NCBI GenBank assembly: GCA_963789955.1
Contig: CAWBMV010000012.1
Coordinates: 288,001 to 352,000 of the forward strand
Direction: 5' to 3'
From: an uncultured Candidatus Rokubacteria bacterium
GTDB lineage: Bacteria; Methylomirabilota; Methylomirabilia; Rokubacteriales; CSP1-6
DNA: 64,000 bases
Shown here: positions 9,813-23,506 of the stretch, piece by piece
Layout: the number at the start of each line of letters is the position of its first letter
Position numbering within the stretch: position 1 is the stretch's first letter
Notes under the pieces: model-generated
What the model was told of the DNA's origin: nothing
The model's input: only the letters and a program-made list of their open reading frames with translations
Databases searched by the model: none
Program-made: the position numbers and the translations under genes

Positions 9813-10184
9813 ATGGCGTTCGACGGTGAAGCGTTCGTGGATCGATTCAACACGGTGTGGAACGGGCACGATATCGAGGGAATTCTCGCCATGATGACCG
9901 ACGACGTCATCTTCGAGGCCTCCTTCGGCAAGGACCCCTGGGGATCGCGAGTCGTCGGCAAGCCGGCGGTGCGCGAGTTCCTCGAAGAGATGTTCGGGCG
10001 CGTCGCTGACATCCGCTGGGACGAGATCCGGCACTTCGCCGGCCCCGAGCTGGCGGTGGTCGAGTGGCTGACGACCGGGACGCCGCGCGGCTCCACGCGC
10101 TTCGAGGTGCAGGGGTGCGATCTGCTGACCCTGCGCAACGGCAAGATCGCCGCCAAGCGCTCCTACCGCAAGGGGCAGCTGTAG
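9813..10184 (+). CDS. SnoaL/NTF2-like protein (TauX-like)
   Basis: SD GGAGGG; FNTVWNGHDIEGILAMMTDDVIFE...GCDLLTLRNGKIAAKRSYRK. Confidence 0.8.
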   Translation: MAFDGEAFVDRFNTVWNGHDIEGILAMMTDDVIFEASFGKDPWGSRVVGKPAVREFLEEMFGRVADIRWDEIRHFAGPELAVVEWLTTGTPRGSTRFEVQGCDLLTLRNGKIAAKRSYRKGQL

Positions 10185-10188
10185 CCGA

Positions 10189-10216
10189 CGCCGCGCCGGC
10201 CCGCGCCGGCGCGGCG
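10189..10216. terminator. GC hairpin between convergent genes
   Basis: CGCCGCGCCGGC-CCGC-GCCGGCGCGGCG, 12-bp stem. Confidence 0.55.
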
Positions 10217-10218
10217 CT

Positions 10219-11798
10219 TCAGTGCGAGGAGACGCGCGTCTTGAACGTCGGCGCGGGCACGCCGTCGATCGCCACGTTGACGCACGCGGGACGGCCCGAG
10301 GCGATCGCGCGCGCGACCGCCGGCGCGAGCTCCTCGGGCCGCTCCACGCATTCACCGTGGCCGCCCAGCGCCTCCACGATCCGCTCGTAGCGCGACGGCA
10401 GCAGCTCGCAGCCCACGGTCCGGTCGGCTCCGTAGTGCTGGATCTGCAGCTGGTACTCCGCATTCCAGCGTGCGTCGTTGCCGACGATCGCCACGATCGG
10501 CAGACCGTAGCGCAGCGCCGTGTCGAATTCGAGCGCGTGATAGCCGAATGTCCCGTCGCCGAGCGTCGTGATGATCGTGCGGTCGGGGTGGGCGACCTTG
10601 GCGGCCACGGCCATCGGCAGGGCGCTGCCGATCGAGCCGGACGGGCCGTTGATCAACCGAGTCTGGGCGACCAGAGCGGCCTGGGCCCACTGGCCGAACT
10701 CTCCGCCATCGCTGACGAGCACGGCTCCGCGGTCGAGGTGCGGCTGGATTGCGGCGCAGAGGCGGACCGGATGCATCGGCGCGCGCGGAGAGCGCTGCAG
10801 ATCGTCCCAGCCCGACGGACGCGCCGTGCGCGCCGTCTCGATCTCGTCCGTCCATTCGGTGCGCCGCCAGTGTCGCTCGCGGGCGACGCGCAGCATCGCG
10901 TCGACTCTGGTGGCCGGATCGCCCGCGCCGTCGAAGTCCAGATGCAGGAAGCGCACATCTGCGGCGAACGCGGGCGGGCGGCCGAAGCGCAAGGTGTAGT
11001 CGAGCTTCTTGCCGAGCAGCAACACCAGATCCGCGTCGGACAGACACGCCGCCGCCGCCCGCAACGATGGGTCGTTGACACCGCGCGGGCTCTCCATGAC
11101 GAGCGCCGGAACCTGGGTGAGCTCCGCGAGCGCGGTGACCGCGCGCCAGCGCGCTCCGCGCCCCATCGCCGGCCCGGCGATGATCAGCGGGCGCTTGGCC
11201 TCGGCGAGTAGCCCGAGCGTCTCGCGAACCGCGGCCACGGACGGATCGGCCACGGGCGGCGGCGCTCTGCACCGCCATGCGCGGTCTCTTCGTCGACGAT
11301 CGTCTCGAGCAGGTCTCCCGGGAGGCTCACGTGCACGGGACCGGGGCGGCCGGTCGTGGCCAGGGTGAGAGCCCGGGCGATGTCGTCCCCGAGCGTGTCG
11401 GCGCTGTCGGCCAGCCACGCCGCCTTCGTGACCGGCCGCGCGGCGCCGACCTGGTCCATCTCCTGGAAGGCGCCGGTTCCGAGCTGGTTTCGCGGCGCGT
11501 GGCCGCTCAGCAGTACCACCGGCGACTCGGACATGAGCGCGCCGTAGAGCGCGGAGACCGCGTTGCAGTGTCCGGGGCCCGCCGTGACCAGCGCGACACC
11601 CGGCTGGTCGGTCAGACGCCCCCACGCGTCGGCCATGTGGACGGCGGCGGCTTCGTGCCGCGTGTGAACGAGGGCGATGTCGCGCCCGACCGTGGCGTCG
11701 TAGATCGACAGGATCTGGTTTCCGGAAAGCGTGAAGAGATATTTGACGCCGTGGGCGGCCAACGCGTCGACGAGGCACTGGGCTCCGGTCCGTGACAT
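10219..11798 (-). CDS. Thiamine pyrophosphate-dependent enzyme (ALS/2-hydroxyacyl-CoA lyase-like; frameshift near 11270)
   Basis: TRHEAAAVHMADAWGRLT, VTAGPG, GDGTFGY...GNDARWN TPP motif. Confidence 0.85.
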
Positions 11799-11828
11799 GC
11801 GGACGATAATACGGTAGCTTGGCGGGCC

Positions 11829-12146
11829 GTGAGCCGCGTTCTCAAGCGCGACTGGAGTACCGCGGAAGGCTGGCGCGACACGAAGGCCGGCATGTGGGCG
11901 TGGCTGATCCAGCGCGCCGCGGCCGTGGCGCTCTTGCTCGTGATCGCGCTGCATCTGGCGAACCCGTTCCGCCGCGGCACTCAGGCCGCGCTGCTGGCCC
12001 TCGTGCTGGTCCACGCTCTGCTCGGCGTTCGAGCGATCCTGCTCGACTTCGGTCTCGCGCACCGCTGGCACCGCGCGCTGTTCGCGCTCGCGATAGTGCT
12101 GGCGGCGATCGTCTTCGTGCTGGTCTGGGCGTGGAGGTGGTACTGA
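11829..12146 (+). CDS. Small SdhC/cytochrome b556-like membrane anchor
   Basis: GMWAWLIQR, LVHALLGVRAILLDFG; 3 TM helices. Confidence 0.65.
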   Translation: MSRVLKRDWSTAEGWRDTKAGMWAWLIQRAAAVALLLVIALHLANPFRRGTQAALLALVLVHALLGVRAILLDFGLAHRWHRALFALAIVLAAIVFVLVWAWRWY

Positions 12147-12157
12147 GCCGCGCCGAG

Positions 12158-13484
12158 CTACATCGGACGTGAGGACACGATCGCGGCGTAGAGCGCGGTC
12201 TGGCGGTAGAAGTGTCGCAGCACGTAGTGCTCGTTGACGTCGTGCTGCTGGTTGTTGCTGTTGGCCGCCGGAATCCAGAGGCACGGAATCCCCAGGACGT
12301 CCGTGAAGACGTGAAGCGGCAGGGTGCCGCCGAGAATCGGCAGCGCGATCGGCTCCTCGCCGCCGTGCTCCTCCAGCAAGCGTAGAAGCCAGCCGAACTC
12401 CGGCCGCGCGGGCGAGGTGTAGCTCGCGGGCTGACCGTCGGTCTCGACCGTGAACGTGATGCCCGGCGTGCGGCTCTGGTGGTCGGCGACCGCGCGCTGG
12501 ACGATGTCGCGCATCGCGGCGACCGGCGTGTCGGGCGTCAGCCTGATGTCCAGACGCGCATGGGCCGTGCGCGGGATGATGGTCCGCCGCAAGCGTCGGC
12601 GAGGCGCCGTCGGAGATGAAGCTGTTGATGTTCACGGTCGGCTTCAAGAACGGCGTCCAGACCGCCTTGTCCTCCCACTTCGCGAACACCTCGCTCGCCT
12701 CACGCCGAAACGCCTCGTGCTCGGCCGACCAGACCCGAACGCGCTCCTCGATGTCGCCGATGAGCCGGGCGAGGGGAAGCACCGGGTTCGGCACGATGTT
12801 GCCGTAGTTGCCCGAGTGGACGGACGCGGTCTGCCCGTTGTCGGCGACGATGTTGACGGTCAAGAGGCCGCGCACGCCCATCACGAGCGTCGGGGCGTTG
12901 TTCTGCTTGGGGCCGTCGGAGCCGATCAGGACGTCCGCGGCGAGCTTGTCTCGATGGGCCTGGGCGATCGCCGCGAGATTCGGGCTCCCATGCTCCTCTT
13001 CGCCGTCGAGGATGATCTTGACCTTCCACTGGGCGGCGCCGGACCGAACGGCGTCCATGGCGCCGAGGATGTTCGAAAGATGCTGGCCCTTGTTGTCGGC
13101 TCCTCCGCGTCCCACCATTATCAAGTCGTCGAGCGCCTGGTCGCCGATCAGGCGCGGCTCGACCGCGCGCCCGTCGAGGAAGTAGGCCGGCACGAACGGC
13201 TCGCACGGGACGCCCTGCCACGTCCAGCGCGTCACGTCACCCGTGGGCTGGACGTCGTAGTGACCGTAGAGGAGGAGCGTCGGAGCGCCCTTCGGTCCGG
13301 GCAGCTCGCCGTAGAGGGCGGGGGTGCCGCGGCCGTCGTCGGGCGCCAGGGGCGTCAGCTCGAGACCGAGCCCACGCCAGAGGCCGCGGACGGCTTCGAC
13401 CATGTCCGGAGTGACCTGACGACTGATCGTCGGGATCCGGAGATAGCGATCGAGGAGCTCGAGCCGGTCGTGACGCGAGGACAT
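12158..13484 (-). CDS. M20/M25/M40 metallo-hydrolase (frameshift near 12590)
   Basis: LLYGHYDVQP, GRGGADNKGQ, DGEEEHGSP, HSGNYG, QHDVNE. Confidence 0.85.
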
Positions 13485-13511
13485 TGAAGTGGCGGTAGTA
13501 TAACGCCGACG

Positions 13512-14229
13512 ATGACGTCGCCCGCCGCGCTCCGCGTCTTTCGCTGGACGGCCGACCAGGCCGAGCGTGTCGACGAATATCGGGTCACCGCCGCGGCCGA
13601 CACGACGGTGCTCGACGCGCTCGTGGAGATCCAGCGCACGCAGGATCCGACGCTCGCCTTCCGCTACGCCTGTCGCGTCGGGATGTGCGGCTCGTGCGCG
13701 ATGGTGGTGAACGGCCGGGAGCGGTGGGCCTGCCGCACGCGGCTCGAGTCGCTCGGCCCGGGACCGATCAGCGTCCGTCCGCTCTATCACTTCCCGCTGC
13801 TGCGCGATCTGGTCGTCGACATGACGCCGTTCGCGGCCAAGCTCCGGGACGTGAGCGCGGCCCTCACGCCGCGCGAGGGGGCTCGAGCCCTATGCCCTGG
13901 TGTCGAGCGGCTCGGCCGAGCGCCACGAGATCGACCTGGCGATCGAGTGCATCGGCTGCGGGATGTGCGTCTCCGCCTGCACGATGGTCGGTCACAACGA
14001 CCGATTTCCCGGGCCGGCCGCGCTCAACCGGGCGCTGACGCTCGAGCTCGACCATCGCGACGGTGGTCGCGAGGGGCGCTGGCGCGTTCTCCTGGGCGAC
14101 GACGCGCTCGCGCGCTGTCACGGCCAGGGCAACTGCACCGAGGTCTGTCCGATGAGCCTCTCGCCGGCCGATTCGATTCGCCGGCTTCGTCGGCTCGCCG
14201 TGCCACGGTTGTTCGGTCTGTCGGGTTGA
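13512..14229 (+). CDS. SdhB/FrdB-like iron-sulfur subunit (frameshift near 13885)
   Basis: YACRVGMCGSCAMVVNG..WAC; CIGCGMCVSAC; CHGQGNCTEVCP. Confidence 0.85.
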
Positions 14230-15023
14230 TTCGCCTGGGCGATCTGACCTCACCCGGCGCCGCAAGGCTTGCCCGTGATCCCCGCGCCGTTGTGTTCCTT
14301 CCGCTCGGTGCGATCGAGCAGCACGGCCCGCATCTTCCGCTCCTGGTCGACTGGCGGGGCGCCGAGGAGCTGGCGCGCCGGGTCGCGCCCCATCTGCGTC
14401 GCGCCGGGTGGCGTCCGATTCTCGCGCCGTCGATCCCGTACGGCGTCAGCACCCTGGCCGTCGGCTGGCCGGGCACGGTCTCGCTCTCGATCTCGACCTT
14501 GCGTCGGCTGATCGTCGAGCTCGTCAACGGGCTCGCGAGCCACGGCTTTCGTCGATTCGTCCTGACGAACTATCAGGCGGATCCGGATCACTTGAGAGCG
14601 ATCGCCGCCGCGCGGCGAGCGCTCGCCCGGCGCCGGCAATTGCGCGTGCTCGTGGCGGGCTTCGAGCCCGCAACTCGACCGCCGACGCCGATGGTGAACC
14701 GCCGGGTGCAGGCGCTCATGCGCAGCCCGAATCCCGACGCGGAGTGGCACTCCGGCGAGCTGGAGACCGCTCTCATGCTGTCGGTCGACAGAAAGCTCGT
14801 CCGAGAGCGAATCGCGCGACGGCTGCCGCCGGCGTGGTTCGACTTCCGCCGCGAGCTGGCGCGCGGCGCGCGCAATTTTCGGCAGCTCGGTCCGGGCGGG
14901 GCCGGTTACTTCGGCTGGCCGGCGGCCGCGCGAGCGCGGACGGGCCGCGCCGTGATGGCGCTGCGCGGCCGGCTGATCGCGCGACGGCTGCTCGAAACGC
15001 TCGGGAAGCCGTCGCGTTCTTGA
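14226..15023 (+). CDS. Creatininase-family amidohydrolase
   Basis: TTG overlapping the upstream TGA; LPLGAIEQHGPHLPLLVD, HSGELETA. Confidence 0.8.
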   Translation: MIRLGDLTSPGAARLARDPRAVVFLPLGAIEQHGPHLPLLVDWRGAEELARRVAPHLRRAGWRPILAPSIPYGVSTLAVGWPGTVSLSISTLRRLIVELVNGLASHGFRRFVLTNYQADPDHLRAIAAARRALARRRQLRVLVAGFEPATRPPTPMVNRRVQALMRSPNPDAEWHSGELETALMLSVDRKLVRERIARRLPPAWFDFRRELARGARNFRQLGPGGAGYFGWPAAARARTGRAVMALRGRLIARRLLETLGKPSRS

Positions 15024-15048
15024 CCCTGTCTGCGCGGCGCGTTAGAGT
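15020..15048 (+). promoter_or_regulatory. Putative sigma70 promoter of the TCA operon
   Basis: TTGACC-N17-TAGAGT. Confidence 0.5.
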
Positions 15049-15226
15049 AATGCGTCATTGAAATCGACGAGATCGGCGGCAAATTGCTCGCAACGAGCCT
15101 CACAATCGAGCACATCGAGTTCTTCCAGGGCGCAGAGCCCGCTCGGCGACGACCGCGCGGGATGTGCGCGCTGCAGGGCGTCGCGGGGCTGGGGCCACGC
15201 CGGCCGAGGCGCGCCTCTAGATTTAG

Positions 15227-16228
<1,002 letters not shown>

Positions 16229-16348
16229 TCCAGGGAGTGTCACGCGGATGGCGAAGCGAGCGAAGGCGAGGCAGAAGAAGAAGTCCGCCGCCCGGAGGCC
16301 ACCCGCGAGGGTCAAGCCGATTGGCGAACATGCCGGCAGGGCCGCGTC

Positions 16349-17172
16349 GTGAGAGACGTTCACGTCAGCGCCATCGTCGACGCGGTCAAGAAGCTCTGCA
16401 TCGGCGCCAACCTGGAGCTCGAGCCCGACATGCTGCGCGCCTTCGACCGCGCGCTGACCACCGAGCGCTCGCCGGCCGGCAAGCAGGTGCTGCAGATCCT
16501 GAAGGACAACGCCGAGATGGCCCGGACCCGGCGCATTCCGTACTGCCAGGACACCGGCTTCGTCGTGTGCTTCGTCGAGCTCGGCCAGGACGTGCACGTC
16601 ACGGGGGGCGGGCTCTACGACGCGATCAACGAGGGCGTGCGCCAGGGCTACAAAGAGGGCTATCTGCGCGCCTCGATCGTGCGGTCGCCGCTCGACCGCG
16701 TGAACACCGGCGACAACACGCCGGCGGTGATCCACGTCGACGTCGCGCCGGGCGCCGAGCTCAAGCTCGCGATCATGGCCAAGGGCGGCGGCTGCGAGAA
16801 CCGCTCGAAGTACACGATGCTGACGCCGGCCGCGGGTGTCGACGGCGTGAAGGACTTCATCATCGACTGCGTGAAGATGGCGGGCCCGGACGCGTGCCCG
16901 CCGCTCATCCTGGGCGTCGGCGTCGGCGGCACGTTCGAGAAGGCCGCGATCTTGTCGAAGAAGGCGCTGTTCCGCGAGGTCGGCTCCGCCAACTCGGACC
17001 CCACGCTCGACGCGCTGGAGAAGGAGCTGCTCGCGCGCGCCAACCGGCTCGGGATCGGCCCGCAGGGTTATGGCGGCGACACGACGTCCCTCGGCATCCA
17101 CGTGCTCACGTACCCCTGCCACATCACGTCGCTGCCCGTCGCCGTCACGATCGAATGCCACGCGCATCGCCA

Positions 17173-17191
<19 letters not shown>
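16349..17191 (+). CDS. Class I Fe-S fumarate hydratase, alpha subunit
   Basis: PYCQDTG, NTGDNTPAVIH, KGGGCEN, ACPP, CHAHRH. Confidence 0.9.
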
Positions 17192-19558
<2,367 letters not shown>

Positions 19559-19560
19559 CG

Positions 19561-20142
19561 ATGAGCGTCACGACCGCGGCCGACGGCCTCAAGGACGTCA
19601 CGACGCCGCTCAGCGACGCCGACGTCGAGTCATTGAGGACCGGTGACCGAGTGCGGATCACCGGTGTCGTCTACACGGCGCGCGACGCGGCGCACGGACG
19701 ACTGTGGCCGCTGATCCAGGAAGGCAAGCAGCTCCCGATCGACGTGCGCGGCCAGATCATCTACTACACCGGCCCGTCGCCGGCGAAGCCCGGCGATGTC
19801 GTCGGCTCGATCGGTCCCACCACCGGCAGTCGCATGGACAAGTTCACACCGGCGCTGATCAAGCTGGGGCTCAAGGCCACCATGGGCAAGGGCGCCCGCT
19901 CGCAGCCGGTCAAGGATGCGTTCAAGCAGTACAAGGGCGTGTACTTCGGCGCCATCGGGGGCGCCGGCGCCGTGCTCTCGCGGTTCGTGAAGCGCGTCGA
20001 GATCGTCGCGTACGAGGATCTCGGCACGGAGGCGATCCGGCGCCTGGAGGTCGAGGCGTTTCCGGCCATCGTGGTCAACGACTGCCACGGCGGCGATCTC
20101 TATCAGGACGGCATGAAGGCCTATGCGCGGGAGGAGACATGA
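19561..20142 (+). CDS. Class I Fe-S fumarate hydratase, beta subunit
   Basis: [33 protein letters not shown]. Confidence 0.9.
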   Translation: MSVTTAADGLKDVTTPLSDADVESLRTGDRVRITGVVYTARDAAHGRLWPLIQEGKQLPIDVRGQIIYYTGPSPAKPGDVVGSIGPTTGSRMDKFTPALIKLGLKATMGKGARSQPVKDAFKQYKGVYFGAIGGAGAVLSRFVKRVEIVAYEDLGTEAIRRLEVEAFPAIVVNDCHGGDLYQDGMKAYAREET

Positions 20143-20935
20143 GCAGCCGGGTGATCGGGCAATCGCGGCCCTCCATCACGGCATCGCACCTGAGGACGGA
20201 TCCGTGGTGGGCGCTGCCGATCACGGTGGTGATCGTGCTCGGCTCGTTCATCGTCTACTCGACGTGGGCGGCCTTCCAGAACGCCCACTATTTCGTCGAT
20301 CCGTATCTGTCGCCGTTCTATTCGCCCTGTCTCTCGCAGACGTGCCTGCACAAGAGCTTCGGGTTCGCGCTGCCGGACATCCACTTGCCGATCATCGGGC
20401 TGCTCTCGCCCGCGTTCCTCATCCTCGGCGGGCCGGGCTTGTTCCGGCTGACCTGCTACTACTACCGCAAGGCGTACTACCGCTCGTTCTGGCTCACGCC
20501 GCCGGCGTGCGCGGTGCCCGACTTGAAGCGGGGCTACAGCGGTGAGACGAGGTTCCCGCTGCTCTTCCAAGCGTTTCCATCGCTACACCTGGTATGTGGC
20601 GGTGCTCTTCATCCTGATGCTGACCTGGGATGCCATCCTCGCGTTCCGGTTCCCGAACGGTTTCGGGATCGGCGTGGGCACGCTCGTCATGTGGGTCAAC
20701 GTGATCTTCCTGGCCGGCTACACGTTCTCGTGCCACTCCTGCCGCCACGTCTGCGGCGGCCACGTCAACGTGTTCTCGAAGGCGCCGGGCCGCTATCGCA
20801 TCTGGCATTTCGTGACGCGCCTGAACGAGCGCCATCCCGACATTTGCCTGGCTCTCGCTCTTCAGCGTCGGATTGACCGACCTCTACATCCGACTGGTCT
20901 CGATGGGCGTGATTCGAGACTGGAGGATCATCTGA
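20139..20935 (+). CDS. sdhC: Succinate dehydrogenase membrane anchor, actinobacterial Sdh1 (Rv0249c-like) type (frameshifts near 20570 and 20845)
   Basis: [49 protein letters not shown]. Confidence 0.8.
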
Positions 20936-22737
20936 TGGCGAATCCGGACTACGAGACACACGAGCACGACGTCCTGGTCATCGGCGCCGGCGGCGCCGGC
21001 CTGCGGGCGGCGATCGAGGCCGCGGCGCAGGGCGTGTCGGTCGGCCTGGTCTGCAAGTCGCTTCTCGGCAAGGCGCACACCGTGATGGCCGAGGGCGGGA
21101 TCGCCGCGTCGCTCGGCAACGTGTGGCCCGAGGACAACTGGCAGGTGCACTTCCGCGACACGATGCGCGGCGGCAAGATGCTCAACAACTGGCGGATGGC
21201 GCAGCTGCACGCCCAGGAAGCACCCGACCGGGTGCTCGAGCTGGAGCGCTGGGGCGCCCTGTTCGATCGCACCAAGGACGGGCGGATCCTCCAGCGCGAC
21301 TTCGGCGGACACCGCTACGCGCGCCTGGCCCACGTCGGCGACCGCACCGGTCTGGAGATGATCCGCACGCTCCAGTATCACGGCATCCACCAGGGCATCG
21401 ACGTGTACATGGAGTGCAAGGTCGAGCGCCTCCTGAAGGACGGCGATCGCGTCAACGGCGCCTTCGGCTACTGGCGCAACACCGGCAAGTTCGTGCTCTT
21501 CAAGGCCAAGGCCGTCGTGCTCGCCACCGGCGGCGTCGGCAAGGCGTGGAAGGTCACGTCGAACTCGTGGGAGTACACGGGCGACGGCCAGTCGCTCGCG
21601 CTGTGGGCGGGCGCGGATCTGCTCGACATGGAGTTCGTCCAGTTCCATCCGACCGGCATGGTCTGGCCGCCGTCGGTGCGCGGCATCCTCGTCACGGAGG
21701 GCGTGCGCGGCGACGGCGGGACGTTGAAGAACACCAAGGGCGAGCGGTTCATGTTCAATTACATCCCGGAGTTCTTCAAGGGCGAGACCGCCGACAACGA
21801 GGCCGAAGCCGACCGCTGGTACGCGGACAAGAAGAACAACCGGCGCACGCCCGATCTCTTGCCGCGCGACGAGGTCGCGCGCGCGATCAATGCCGAGATC
21901 AAGGGCGGGCGCGGGACCCCGCACGGGGGCGTCTTCCTCGACATCTGCACGCGCCGTCCGGCCGACTACATCAGGAAGCGCCTGCCGTCGATGTACCACC
22001 AGTTCAAGGAGCTCGCGGGTGTCGACATCACCAAGGAGCCGATGGAGGTCGGACCGACCTGCCACTACATCATGGGCGGCGTCCGTGTCGACGCGGACAC
22101 CACCGCGGCGACCGTGAAGGGGCTGTTCGCGGCCGGCGAGGTCGCCGGTGGCATGCACGGCTCGAACCGCCTCGGCGGGAACTCGCTCTCGGATCTCCTG
22201 GTGTTCGGCCGGCGCGCCGGATTGTACGCCGCGCTCTACGCCAAGGATTTCGGCGGCGCGCTGACGGTCGAGTCGAGCCAGGTCGACTCGCTCGCCCGCG
22301 AGATGCTCGAGCCGTTCACGCGGAGCGGCGGTGAGAACCCGTACGCGATCCAGGCCGACCTTCAAGAGACGATGCAAAGCCTGGTCGGGCTGATCCGGAC
22401 CGAGCAGGAGCTGCGCGAGGCCTTGAAGCGGATCGAGTCGTTCAAGCACCGCGCGGCGCGCACGCACGTCGACGGCGGCCGCACCTACAACCCCGGCTGG
22501 CACACGGCGCTCGATCTCGGCTCACTGCTCACCGTGGCCGAGTGCTGCACGCTGGCCGCGCTCGAGCGGCGGGAGAGCCGCGGCGGTCACACGCGCGACG
22601 ATCACCCGTACACCGACGACTCGTGGGGCAAGATCAACGTGGTCATCCGCCAGAGGCAGGGGGCGCTCGCCCTCAGCCGTGAGCCGCTGCCGGAGATGCC
22701 GGCCGAGCTCAAGGCGCTCTTCCAGGAGAGGAAGTAG
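20935..22737 (+). CDS. sdhA: Succinate dehydrogenase flavoprotein
   Basis: GKAHTVMAEGG (FAD-His), QFHPTG, VTEGVRGDGG, PRDEVAR, HGSNRLGGNS. Confidence 0.93.
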   Translation: MANPDYETHEHDVLVIGAGGAGLRAAIEAAAQGVSVGLVCKSLLGKAHTVMAEGGIAASLGNVWPEDNWQVHFRDTMRGGKMLNNWRMAQLHAQEAPDRVLELERWGALFDRTKDGRILQRDFGGHRYARLAHVGDRTGLEMIRTLQYHGIHQGIDVYMECKVERLLKDGDRVNGAFGYWRNTGKFVLFKAKAVVLATGGVGKAWKVTSNSWEYTGDGQSLALWAGADLLDMEFVQFHPTGMVWPPSVRGILVTEGVRGDGGTLKNTKGERFMFNYIPEFFKGETADNEAEADRWYADKKNNRRTPDLLPRDEVARAINAEIKGGRGTPHGGVFLDICTRRPADYIRKRLPSMYHQFKELAGVDITKEPMEVGPTCHYIMGGVRVDADTTAATVKGLFAAGEVAGGMHGSNRLGGNSLSDLLVFGRRAGLYAALYAKDFGGALTVESSQVDSLAREMLEPFTRSGGENPYAIQADLQETMQSLVGLIRTEQELREALKRIESFKHRAARTHVDGGRTYNPGWHTALDLGSLLTVAECCTLAALERRESRGGHTRDDHPYTDDSWGKINVVIRQRQGALALSREPLPEMPAELKALFQERK

Positions 22738-22739
22738 CG

Positions 22740-23496
22740 ATGGCGCAATTCACGATGCGGGTGTTCCGCGGTGATGCCTCGGGCGGGGGCTTCAAGGACT
22801 ACAACGGTCGAGCCCGAGGAAGGCATGGTCGTGCTGGACGTGATCCACAAGATCCAGGCGACTCAGGCCAACGATCTCGCGTGCCGGTGGAACTGCAAGG
22901 CCGGCAAGTGCGGATCGTGCAGCGCCGAGGTGAACGGCAAGCCCCGTCTGATGTGCATGACCCGGATGGACTTGTTCCAGCCCGGCGACACGATCACGGT
23001 GGCGCCGATCCGGACCTTCCCGCTCATTCGCGACCTCGTCACCGACGTGTCCTACAACTACGAGAAGGCCAGGCAGGTGCCGCCGCTGCGCCTGAAGCCG
23101 CCCGAGCCCGACGGCACCTACCGGATGATGCAGGAAGACATCGATCGCATCCAGGAGTTCCACAAGTGCATCGAGTGCTTCCTGTGCCAGGACGTGTGTC
23201 ACGTGATCCGCGACCACGAGGACAAGAAGCGCGCCTTCGCCGGGCCGCGCTTCTTCATCAAGCTGGCGGGGCTCGACATGCATCCGCTGGACACCCGCGA
23301 CCGCGCGCGCTTCATCACGGATGAGGCGGGAGTGGGGCTCTGCAACATCACCAAGTGCTGCACCGAGGTGTGCCCCGAGCACATCCACATCACCGACAAC
23401 GGGATCATCCCGCTCAAGGAACGGGCGGCCGATGCGGTCGACCCGGTCGTCTGGCTGCTGCGGAAGTTCCGCGGCCAGAAGAGCCAACAGGCCTGA
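22740..23496 (+). CDS. sdhB: Succinate dehydrogenase Fe-S subunit (frameshift near 22805)
   Basis: WNCKAGKCGSC, CIECFLCQDVC, CNITKCCTEVCP. Confidence 0.9.
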
Positions 23497-23506
23497 TCTC
23501 GCGTCC

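Noticed and set aside
11184..15023. M20-TPP fusion (868 aa) and SdhB-creatininase fusion (503 aa)
   Set aside because: Both arise from frameshifts; the proper C-termini and stops exist in other frames.
14226..15023. Mycofactocin MftE
   Set aside because: No mftA/B/C or radical SAM gene in the window.
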